The position numbers and the translations under genes are program-made. Below the pieces are notes generated by a model. That model ran no database searches and was not told where the DNA came from. It saw only the letters and a program-made list of their open reading frames with translations. Positions 56,561 through 64,000 of a stretch of 64,000 nt of DNA are shown in pieces (position 1 is the stretch's first letter; every line of letters starts with the position of its first letter). The stretch lies in contig CAXXGO010000006.1 in assembly GCA_963666835.2 (NCBI GenBank), forward strand, positions 352,001-416,000, read 5' to 3'. The stretch is from Phycisphaerae bacterium (GTDB lineage: Bacteria; Planctomycetota; Phycisphaerae; UBA1845).

Positions 56561-56609
56561 CGGACTGTCGATCCGGTTGTTGCGGGTTCGAATCCCGTCG
56601 GCCTCGTTA
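56561..56609 (+). repeat. att-site direct repeat of the tRNA-Asp 3' part
   Basis: cggactgtcgatccggtTgttgcgggttcgaatcccgtcggcctcgtta, 48/49 identical to 9203-9251. Confidence 0.95.
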
Positions 56610-56907
56610 GAAAAACTTTAAAAAAACGATTAAGGGTGATCGATCGGGCACCCCCGGGCGCCTGCGTTTCTCTGCCTGGGCAGCAGCAGAAACGCCTGTC
56701 TGGTCGATATGGATCACCGACCCACAAATAGTGGGCGTCCTTACGGGAAACCCACTAGCTTGCGAGGTCGCCCATCCCGCCTACGGTTGGATGTTCCGTA
56801 AACGGACAGCCTGAAGGGAAATCGACCCCAATAAACGGCTGTTAAGGTCCTTTTCTGCCATTCGTCTAAGGGTGTGTACCGTTTTTAAGTTTGTTCTTAT
56901 TCTTGGG

Positions 56908-56936
56908 TTGAAGCGCACCCGATGTTTAGTTATAGT
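56908..56936 (+). promoter_or_regulatory. Sigma70-type promoter
   Basis: TTGAAG-N17-TATAGT preceded by an AT-rich tract, upstream of the gene at 57113. Confidence 0.6.
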
Positions 56937-57112
56937 AACACCGCACGTTTCGTAAGTGGCGGTCCAGCCGGCCGGTAAGGACTGTCATCAGGGCTGTCGA
57001 CTGCGGGGGCGTGGGTCGAGCAGATCTCCTGGCTTGTGGGCTACTTCGGCGTCGTAGCGTGATCGGTTTCACGGACGCGACGCGGGACATTTCGAGAACG
57101 GAGAATCAGATC

Positions 57113-57859
57113 ATGTTCAGAGAGCGAGCAATGCTTGCGGGGGTGTTGATCGGTGTCGCGTTCATGTCGTTTGAGGCGACGGCGACTGCGGATGAAGCGG
57201 TTGATGTAGATGCGATAAAGGCGAGAGTAGCCGAGGCTGAGGCCGCGGTGGCCGAAGCGCGAGCCAACTCAAACGCCGGTTTGACCCTGGATTACCACCA
57301 GGATGGCGAGTGCCTTCTCCTCACGGCCACGGATGTGAACGGGGAGACCATGTTCCTCGACTTCTTCGCCGATGAGGACGGGGACTTCGTGCCGTTCTTC
57401 ACCGAGCCCAATGACGGTGAGACGTTCGGGATGCACCCGGGGTGGTTCACAATGGCCCTCCTCAGGTTGGAGCCCGGCGAATTGGAGTTGGAGCCTCTCG
57501 ACGCCTCAGTCCCATCGATCCCGCACGACGATATTTTCGTGTTCGTTGTTGACGAAAGTGCGGTTCTAGTGTCTCTGCTGGACCAGGGTTTCGTGATCGG
57601 CATGTACTACGCGGTGGACATCTCTGGTTCTGATGGGCCGGTTGACAGTGCTGCCCAGGCCTATGGCGGCGACGTCGTAGCGAAGAACTCGAAGAGACAG
57701 CATATCTGCGCCATGCTTGAAGAGGCGTGCTTGGGGAAGAAGACCGAGGATTGGGTTCTCGCCTGCATTGGTTGGCTACTCTTGTGCGACGACGGTGCTG
57801 AGGCGTTGCCGGAGCTGCCGGACACACCGCCGGTACGGCAGGTTGAGGTAATGCCCTGA
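57113..57859 (+). CDS. Secreted acidic hypothetical protein
   Basis: GGAG RBS; signal peptide ending ATATA; followed by a hairpin terminator. Confidence 0.7.
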   Translation: MFRERAMLAGVLIGVAFMSFEATATADEAVDVDAIKARVAEAEAAVAEARANSNAGLTLDYHQDGECLLLTATDVNGETMFLDFFADEDGDFVPFFTEPNDGETFGMHPGWFTMALLRLEPGELELEPLDASVPSIPHDDIFVFVVDESAVLVSLLDQGFVIGMYYAVDISGSDGPVDSAAQAYGGDVVAKNSKRQHICAMLEEACLGKKTEDWVLACIGWLLLCDDGAEALPELPDTPPVRQVEVMP

Positions 57860-57900
57860 CAAGGGCTCGGGGCCTGTCATAAACCGTGGCACTTCGATAA

Positions 57901-57928
57901 GGGGGGCACCCCGGACAGCCCCCCTTTT
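57901..57928 (+). terminator. Intrinsic terminator
   Basis: ggggggc-accccggaca-gcccccc-tttt. Confidence 0.6.
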
Positions 57929-58171
57929 CCTATGCGCCCCCGGCGGGATCGAATCGGACGCGACGAGGCCGCGGAACGCACGTGCGGGAAGGTACGGATG
58001 CTTGGTGCATGACAAGCCAAGAAGGTCAGGCTCTGTCCGACACCTCCCGCTTGTATGCCGAATCATGTTCGATGGCGCGAGGAAGGCGCGTCACACTTCT
58101 TCATGGTAGTCTGGCGCCCGTCGGGCCGAGCCCGACCTACTGCAGCCAGGGCCGAGCATGACCTAGCGCAG

Positions 58172-58591
58172 TCAGTCGGCCAGAACACGGCGGCGGCGGC
58201 TCTTGAGTTCGCTTCGGCGGCGTTTGGCATCCAGTCGCCGCCAGCGCGACGCTGCGGTTGGGCGGGAAGGCTGCCGTGGTTTGGCGCGGTGCAGGGCGAA
58301 CGCGAGCAGCTCCACAAGGCGGTCCTCCGCCGCCGCCCGGTTCCGCGCTTGCGTCCGCTCTCGCCGACTCACCACCCGCAGCCGGCCGTCGGCGGAAAGG
58401 CGCGTGGCCAGCCTGCGACGGATCCGCAGTTTGGACGCATCGGAAAGGGCGGTACACGACGCGAAATCAAACAGCAGCGTCACCTGGGTGCTCACTTTGT
58501 TGACGTTCTGACCACCGGGGCCGGGGGAACGCGAGAAACGTGCCTCCAGCCAAGGCCGCAGGATTTCAGCATTGAGGTCTCGGCGATACAT
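58172..58591 (-). CDS. arfB: Alternative ribosome-rescue peptidyl-tRNA hydrolase ArfB
   Basis: FSRSPGPGGQNVNKVST, ERTQARNR and a basic C-terminal tail. Confidence 0.92.
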   Translation of the reverse strand: MYRRDLNAEILRPWLEARFSRSPGPGGQNVNKVSTQVTLLFDFASCTALSDASKLRIRRRLATRLSADGRLRVVSRRERTQARNRAAAEDRLVELLAFALHRAKPRQPSRPTAASRWRRLDAKRRRSELKSRRRRVLAD

Positions 58592-58708
58592 CGATCACCC
58601 TGCCGCGATAGGTCGGGACGAACCGTCTGAGGAAGATCGCGAAGCGCCCCCCGCAGACCCTGCCCCGAAAATGCTCCCGAACAGGGGACGGTCTCTCAGC
58701 TTCGCCAT

Positions 58709-58781
58709 TGGGCCCACGAGGACTTGAACCTCGGACCTCGTCGTTATCAGCGACGCGCTCTGCCAACTGAGCTATGAGCCC
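58709..58781 (-). tRNA. tRNA-Ile(GAT)
   Basis: GGGCTCA TAGCTCAGTTGGCAGAGCG CGTCG CTGATAA CGACG AGGTC CGAGG TTCAAGT CCTCG TGGGCCC A. Confidence 0.97.
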
Positions 58782-58851
58782 CTGGTGCGTCCGAAACGCC
58801 CACTTTCAGTATACCAAGCGAGCCACCGTTTCGAACACCCACTGCCGCAAA

Positions 58852-58879
58852 AATCTAGCCGCGCCGCGCCGATTGTCAA
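58852..58879 (-). promoter_or_regulatory. Sigma70 promoter for tRNA-Ile/arfB
   Basis: TTGACA-N16-TAGATT; a second candidate TTCGAA-N16-TATACT lies at 58835-58808. Confidence 0.55.
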
Positions 58880-58908
58880 CACGCCGTTTGCGCGGGCGTC
58901 CGAGAACA

Positions 58909-61704
58909 TCAATTAACCGGCTCGGGTAACCGCCGCCCCCGCCACGATTCATACTGCCCCGCACCGTTGAGCAGGTCGATCAGGCGGAGCACATCCCCGG
59001 GGCCACGGTGCCCGGAGCGGTCCAGATCGCAACTATAGTCCCCGAATGGAGGCACCTTCGTGCCATTCAAGCAGCAATCCAGAAGCCCTTGGATGTCCGG
59101 TACGTCCGCCAGCCGATCTGCGTCGACGTCAGCGGGAAGCGCGCTGAACAGCCCGGTGGCGTCTGCGCAACCGGTTCGGCTCGTGTAGGTCACCGCGGAG
59201 GACGCTCCCGGAGTCAACGGCCGGTCAAGCAGGATCACATACGTGTTGTCTCCGTTGGAAACCACGCTCGCTATCGCGTTCGTCCGACCTTCCCCGCCCA
59301 GCTCCCGGAGGCTCCAACAAGACGTCTCTGCGCGGTTCGGGGCACGGACGATCAGCGTATCGATCCCCTGCCGCATGGATGGGTCGTGCAGCGGATGGGG
59401 TTGTCCAGCGTCTATCACGCCGGCCGGGGGGGCGATCCAGGTCACCGGACCCTCCGGGCACTCCAAGTCCGGCAGCGAGGGGCATGGCGACTCGACTCGC
59501 AGGGAAAACGCTCCTCGACCCAGCGGAGAGCGAGACGCCACCGCGAGGTAGTATCGTTCGCCCACGGTCAGCCCGGTCAGGCAGCCGCTTGTCGGATTCC
59601 CATCCGCGCCGATTCCACCATCCTGACAACCGATTACTGCGAGACTATCGCACGATGTTGCGTCGCTCGTTGGGTCGGCGACCTGGAAAACCTGAAGAAG
59701 GAAGCCGTCAGCCGTGCCGTTGGCGCCGTAAACTCGAAGATCGGTGGACGCATGCCGGGCGATGAACGTGTACCACAGGGTTCCGAACCCCTGCGTACCA
59801 GGCTCCAGACCGTGACAGCAGAAGCCGGGCTCATCCACGGCCGAGCAGGCTCTTGCGTTGTCGGATTCCACCAGAGCCTGTCCGGCGGCATCCAGCACGA
59901 TTTCGATCGCCCCGAGCGCCGGATCAGGGTCTGCGCAGTGATCGTTTTCCGTGGGGGGATCGCACACTTCGGCCGCTCGATCGGCGCAGCGTTCATCCCA
60001 AACGGTATCGCAGCAGAACGGATCCGCTTCGCAGACTGCCCGGCAGCATCCGGTGACGCAACAACCGGCGCGGCCCTCGCACAACCCGTCGGGAAGACAC
60101 TGCCGCCGGTCCGGGCAATCGGCGCCGGTTGTACACTCCGTAACCTCACTGACCGCGAAGCAACTGCCCGACGCGCGAAGGCATGCGACCGGCGGGCACG
60201 CTTGCTCACCGGATTCGCACGGAACGCCCAGGCGCCAAGCCCCGGCAGCGTTGAAGCAATCGGGCTCAAGTAGGTCCTCACACCGGCCATCCGGCAGACA
60301 GCACGCGCAAGCACCGCAAGAAGGGGTGAACGGATCTTCGGCGCAGGTGACGTTACCGATCCACTCCCCCGCGCAATCCTGTTCGAGGACATCATCCTGA
60401 CAGTACGCTGCCGCCCCGTCCGCCGGTCCGACGCAACATGCCCCGGTAGGCGCAGGGCCGTGGCACCCGATGACAACAAAGAACACGGCCGGCGGGTCGC
60501 CTTCGAAGTTGCGAAAGCTCCAACCGCGGACCTTGTTACCGGGGTCAAGGGTTGCGTATACGTCGGCGCTGCTGCCGATGTCCGCTTCTCCGGCGACCAC
60601 GACACCCACTCCGTCTCGGTTCGCTTTCCATGCTGCCCAGAAGTTCCGCGGCAGATCGATACCGCGTTCATAAGTGAAGCGGATCAGTTCGAGCTCGCCG
60701 TCGCCAAGCCCCGCAAAAGTCCGAGCCGTTCCCGGAATCGGGTCGCCGGGCCCGGGATCCTCCCGCAGCTCCACGTCGATCGCATAAGGCCCTTCCCCCG
60801 CCCGTACGCCGAAAGTGCAGGAGGCCAGCTCACAGCTTTCAGTATTCAGGGCAATGTCGTCCGCGGTAAAAACCCCGGCACCGGCAGAGTATTGCGTACC
60901 GGAAGCGCGATAGGCCCGGTAGCCCGGGTGCTCCTCGGGGCAGTCGTCCCGAACGCGGACCTGCGCAAAGAAACTGGCGTGCGGGAACCGCGGATAGCCA
61001 CCGAAGTATGCCACGCAACCGCCAAACGGGTAACTGAAGCCGTCATACGAGAAACCCACTTCAGCCGGGGCGCCTGCGAGCCATCCGGCCGACGCCGAGT
61101 CGAACATCAACTGCACCCAAACCGTTTGCGGAATGATCATCGGGGCGTGGGAGACATCCACCGTGATTTCGAACACCCCATCATCAGGTAGCCCGACTGA
61201 TTGCTGCGTCCGAGCGATGACAACTCCGCCGGCCATGGGGCAATCGTCAAAGAGCGCCAGGTCGACTCCGAATCCCGGTCCCGTGCCATCCCCTCCACCG
61301 GCGACCCGGACCGAGTAGGAATCCAAAACGCAGCCTTCAATGCCGATTGTCGCCAGATCGTCACCTACGGCCACACCTGCTCCGGGCGCAAACAGGAACG
61401 TCCCGGTCGTGTTGCTGAAGACCAACGCTGTGCCGGTTTCACTCGGGCGGTTGCGCCGATCGGTTGTTGCGCCTAGGTTGATTCGACGAACCGGCTGCTC
61501 GTTTGGCACCGGTTGAAGCCCTTCCCGCAACGCATCTGCGGTGAACTCGCGCGGCCCGCCGGCAGTAACGTCGAGGCCTGCGCCTGCATGAACTGAGTAG
61601 CCAAGGACTGTTGCGGCGCAGAAGAAAATCCAGACCCGAATAGCGACCGAGCCGGAAGTGGCACTCGGCCGGGTCGCGTTAAGATCTTCTGCAGGCATGA
61701 CCAT
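58909..61704 (-). CDS. Large secreted Cys-rich protein with a C-terminal dockerin-like Ca-binding module
   Basis: 931 aa. Hydrophobic N-terminus, GACC..C..DC repeats, VCEADPFCC..WD..C module, ADVDAD..DI..L and CDLDRSG..DVLRLIDLL. Confidence 0.75.
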   Translation of the reverse strand: MVMPAEDLNATRPSATSGSVAIRVWIFFCAATVLGYSVHAGAGLDVTAGGPREFTADALREGLQPVPNEQPVRRINLGATTDRRNRPSETGTALVFSNTTGTFLFAPGAGVAVGDDLATIGIEGCVLDSYSVRVAGGGDGTGPGFGVDLALFDDCPMAGGVVIARTQQSVGLPDDGVFEITVDVSHAPMIIPQTVWVQLMFDSASAGWLAGAPAEVGFSYDGFSYPFGGCVAYFGGYPRFPHASFFAQVRVRDDCPEEHPGYRAYRASGTQYSAGAGVFTADDIALNTESCELASCTFGVRAGEGPYAIDVELREDPGPGDPIPGTARTFAGLGDGELELIRFTYERGIDLPRNFWAAWKANRDGVGVVVAGEADIGSSADVYATLDPGNKVRGWSFRNFEGDPPAVFFVVIGCHGPAPTGACCVGPADGAAAYCQDDVLEQDCAGEWIGNVTCAEDPFTPSCGACACCLPDGRCEDLLEPDCFNAAGAWRLGVPCESGEQACPPVACLRASGSCFAVSEVTECTTGADCPDRRQCLPDGLCEGRAGCCVTGCCRAVCEADPFCCDTVWDERCADRAAEVCDPPTENDHCADPDPALGAIEIVLDAAGQALVESDNARACSAVDEPGFCCHGLEPGTQGFGTLWYTFIARHASTDLRVYGANGTADGFLLQVFQVADPTSDATSCDSLAVIGCQDGGIGADGNPTSGCLTGLTVGERYYLAVASRSPLGRGAFSLRVESPCPSLPDLECPEGPVTWIAPPAGVIDAGQPHPLHDPSMRQGIDTLIVRAPNRAETSCWSLRELGGEGRTNAIASVVSNGDNTYVILLDRPLTPGASSAVTYTSRTGCADATGLFSALPADVDADRLADVPDIQGLLDCCLNGTKVPPFGDYSCDLDRSGHRGPGDVLRLIDLLNGAGQYESWRGRRLPEPVN

Positions 61705-61953
61705 CTCGTGCCGTCCTCCGACGGCGGGCGTTGGCGCTCAGCGGAAGCCAGTCTGACACGACCGTGGCTCGCCGGCGTAACGCGCCGCCTAAACGTCTCC
61801 AGAATATAAGTTTACGGCATGTTAAGCAAGAGGGATCCTGCGGCCGCAGTGAGGTCCCGGCGATGCACACTCCGAGAAACTCACAAGCACAGGGTGCCGT
61901 CGGCATGTCCCGCGGCTCTGATCGGGGCACGGGTGCGCCAAGAAGCGCTGCGT

Positions 61954-61992
61954 AAAAAGAGACACCGGACGGTCGGAACCGCCCGGTGTCTC
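61954..61992 (-). terminator. Intrinsic terminator downstream of lpxA
   Basis: Minus strand gagacaccgggcgg-ttccga-ccgtccggtgtctc-ttttt. Confidence 0.65.
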
Positions 61993-62218
61993 CCGGAGGG
62001 GAAAGAAGCGTCATGAAACGCCGTTTCTCATTGTGGCGGCGGTGCGGGCTATCAGGAACTCCCGCAACGCTCATATAACTTATGCATCAAAGTGGAACGT
62101 GACGCAATAAGGTATTCTATCCATTTGTGGTTACGTGCGTAGTATATACCCGAATCACGGCGCGCCAACTGAGGTTCTGATCGGACTAAAGGTCTGCGAG
62201 TTCGGGGGTATTGCAGCA

Positions 62219-63013
62219 TCATGAGCGAGTCCGATCCAACCGCGATCGGCCGGCGAATCCACGTTTGGTCTCGGCCTGCAGGAACTCGAGCAACCGCAAG
62301 CCGGGTGGGAACTTGACTAGTTCCGCCAGTCGCGCTACGCCCGCGCGGAAAGGCGTTCCGTGACCGAATAGCGCGTGGAAAGCCTGCCGCAGTTCTACAA
62401 TATGTTCGCGCGGCATGCCGGACCGGCGAAGTCCGACGCTGTTGAGACCGCTCACCCGTCCGTCCCGGTTAATAAGAGAATACGGGACTACATCCATTGG
62501 CACGGGGGCACTGCCGCCGATCATCACCAGTTCGCCGATACGCGTGAACTGATGGACCATCGCGCCGCCGCCGACCGTGACCTGGTCACCCACCGTAACG
62601 TGGCCGGCCAATAGAGCTCCGTTGATCATGGTCACCTTGTCGCCCAGGAGGCAATTGTGTCCGACGTGCGATCCGGCCAGAAGGAAACAGCCCTCACCCA
62701 CAACGGTCTCCGATTCCGGTATTGTCCCCCGGTGGATCGTAACGTACTCGCGCAGAATGGTCCCCTTGCCTATCCGGCAGAAGGTCCTTTCGCCGTGGTA
62801 TTTCACGTCTTGCGGGGTGTGGCCGACGACTACGCCGGGATGGAGTTCACAGTTCTCCGCTATGTCGGTCCATCCGGTCAGGAAAACGCCTTGATAGAGT
62901 CGGCAGCCCGCGGCGACACGAACGTGTCCCTCGATTATACAATACGGGCCGACCTCGACGGAGCTATCCAGTTCCGCCTTGGAATCGATGATCGCAGTGG
63001 GGTGGATTGCCAA
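62219..63013 (-). CDS. lpxA: UDP-N-acetylglucosamine acyltransferase
   Basis: IHPTAII, hexapeptide repeats, PQDVKY.GE, REYVTIHRGT, HVGHNC, VHQF and GLNSVGLRR. TTG start after AGGAG. Confidence 0.93.
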   Translation of the reverse strand: MAIHPTAIIDSKAELDSSVEVGPYCIIEGHVRVAAGCRLYQGVFLTGWTDIAENCELHPGVVVGHTPQDVKYHGERTFCRIGKGTILREYVTIHRGTIPESETVVGEGCFLLAGSHVGHNCLLGDKVTMINGALLAGHVTVGDQVTVGGGAMVHQFTRIGELVMIGGSAPVPMDVVPYSLINRDGRVSGLNSVGLRRSGMPREHIVELRQAFHALFGHGTPFRAGVARLAELVKFPPGLRLLEFLQAETKRGFAGRSRLDRTRS

Positions 63014-63045
63014 GACACTCTCCTGTTGACCGTGGGAATCAAGTA

Positions 63046-63792
63046 CTATCGTTGAGGCGGCTGGAGCCCGAGTCTCGCCATCACCATCTGCAGGTCGTCC
63101 CACGTCTTACGTTTCTCCGCCGGGTAGCGCAGAAGATAAGCGGGATGGTAGGTGGGCATAACCGGAATCGAAGGCCCCTCGGCCCCGGTGGCCGAGAGGT
63201 GATATTCGTGAAAACGCCCGCGCAACTTTCCGATCGAGGCAGCGGTGCAGAGCAGGGTCTTGGCCGCCGGGGCTCCCAGAGCTACAAGCACTTCCGGCCG
63301 GATGATGGCAAGCTGCCGCCGCAGAAACGGCGCACAGGCGAGAATCTCGTCGGCCAGAGGATCGCGATTGCCAGGAGGACGGCACTTAAGCACGTTGCAG
63401 ATGAACACTTCCTCGCGGGTGAGTCCCATGGCCGCAATCATGCGGGTGAGGAGTTGCCCGGCCCGACCGACGAACGCCACCCCCTGCCGATCCTCGTCGA
63501 ATCCGGGAGCCTCGCCGACGAACACGAGCCGGGCGGCGGGGTCGCCTTGCCCGAATACGGTCCGATTGCGGGTCTGAGCCAAACCGCAGCGGGTGCATCC
63601 TCTGACTTCCGACTCGTCCAGCTCGGCAAGTTGGGCGGCTCGATCTTCGATATTCGCGGCGACAACGGTATCGGCCGCCCGAACGCGGACCGGCGGGACC
63701 GGGCTCATCGGAACGCTGCGCAGGCCCAAAAGCCGATCGCTCAGCAACTGTTGCCTCAAAGCCGCTCGAATCGTGGCAGAGTCCTTCGCCAT
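63046..63792 (-). CDS. Family 4 uracil-DNA glycosylase
   Basis: [32 protein letters not shown] and YHPAYLLR motifs. Confidence 0.95.
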   Translation of the reverse strand: MAKDSATIRAALRQQLLSDRLLGLRSVPMSPVPPVRVRAADTVVAANIEDRAAQLAELDESEVRGCTRCGLAQTRNRTVFGQGDPAARLVFVGEAPGFDEDRQGVAFVGRAGQLLTRMIAAMGLTREEVFICNVLKCRPPGNRDPLADEILACAPFLRRQLAIIRPEVLVALGAPAAKTLLCTAASIGKLRGRFHEYHLSATGAEGPSIPVMPTYHPAYLLRYPAEKRKTWDDLQMVMARLGLQPPQR

Positions 63793-63908
63793 TCTCTTGT
63801 GGTCTCCGGTTCCCCGAGCCGACCGGGGAGCGGTAGCATCGTTTACTCGCAAACTCTGATGGCGAATATGGCGTGAAGTGTGGTCGGGTTCAAGTTACGA
63901 TACGGCGT

Positions 63909-64000
63909 ATGGCAAGATTCGTTGAGTTCCATCTCGTTCTTCCGGACGGGTACAAGGCCTACGGGCGCTTCTGGGAAGCGCGCAGCCCTCGAGGTGCGGT
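63909..64000 (+). CDS. 5' end of a probable alpha/beta hydrolase (runs off the window)
   Basis: MARFVEFHLVLPDGYKAYGRFWEARSPRGAV resembles lysophospholipase/S33 N-termini. Confidence 0.45.
   Translation, partial: MARFVEFHLVLPDGYKAYGRFWEARSPRGA

Noticed and set aside
56561..56609. Second tRNA-Asp gene
   Set aside because: Lacks the 5' acceptor strand and D arm; it is an att duplication.

Overview
High-GC bacterial window. The gene style (Cys-rich secreted proteins, IPTL-CTERM, Hint domains with a long insertion) suggests Planctomycetota/Phycisphaerae, but this is inference. Housekeeping flanks (apgM, NUDIX, methyltransferase, murJ, tRNA-Asp on the left; arfB, tRNA-Ile, lpxA, UDG on the right) enclose a ~47.4 kb island. 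The island is bounded by the 3' part of tRNA-Asp (9203-9251) and its 49-bp direct repeat (56561-56609). Almost all of it is one minus-strand system: a type II secretion gene set (D-E-F-G-H-I-J-K-C-like-L-M), a 1012-aa VWA/Cys-rich protein, and a 3514-aa signal-peptide RHS toxin (RHS core, Hint, Tox-REase-5) with Imm52. These are followed by seven orphan cassettes: six carry different toxin tips with their own immunity genes, and the last is cut off by an internally deleted IS1380. Four cassettes start at the same nucleotide junction after a conserved non-coding element, and one has a Hint domain split over two ORFs. No integrase is visible in the island; only hsdR, DUF4268 and terminase-small-subunit-like remnants lie near the ends. 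Bases 1-3715 hold dense nested REP-type palindromic repeats. All family assignments come from motif recognition by eye; no database searches were run.
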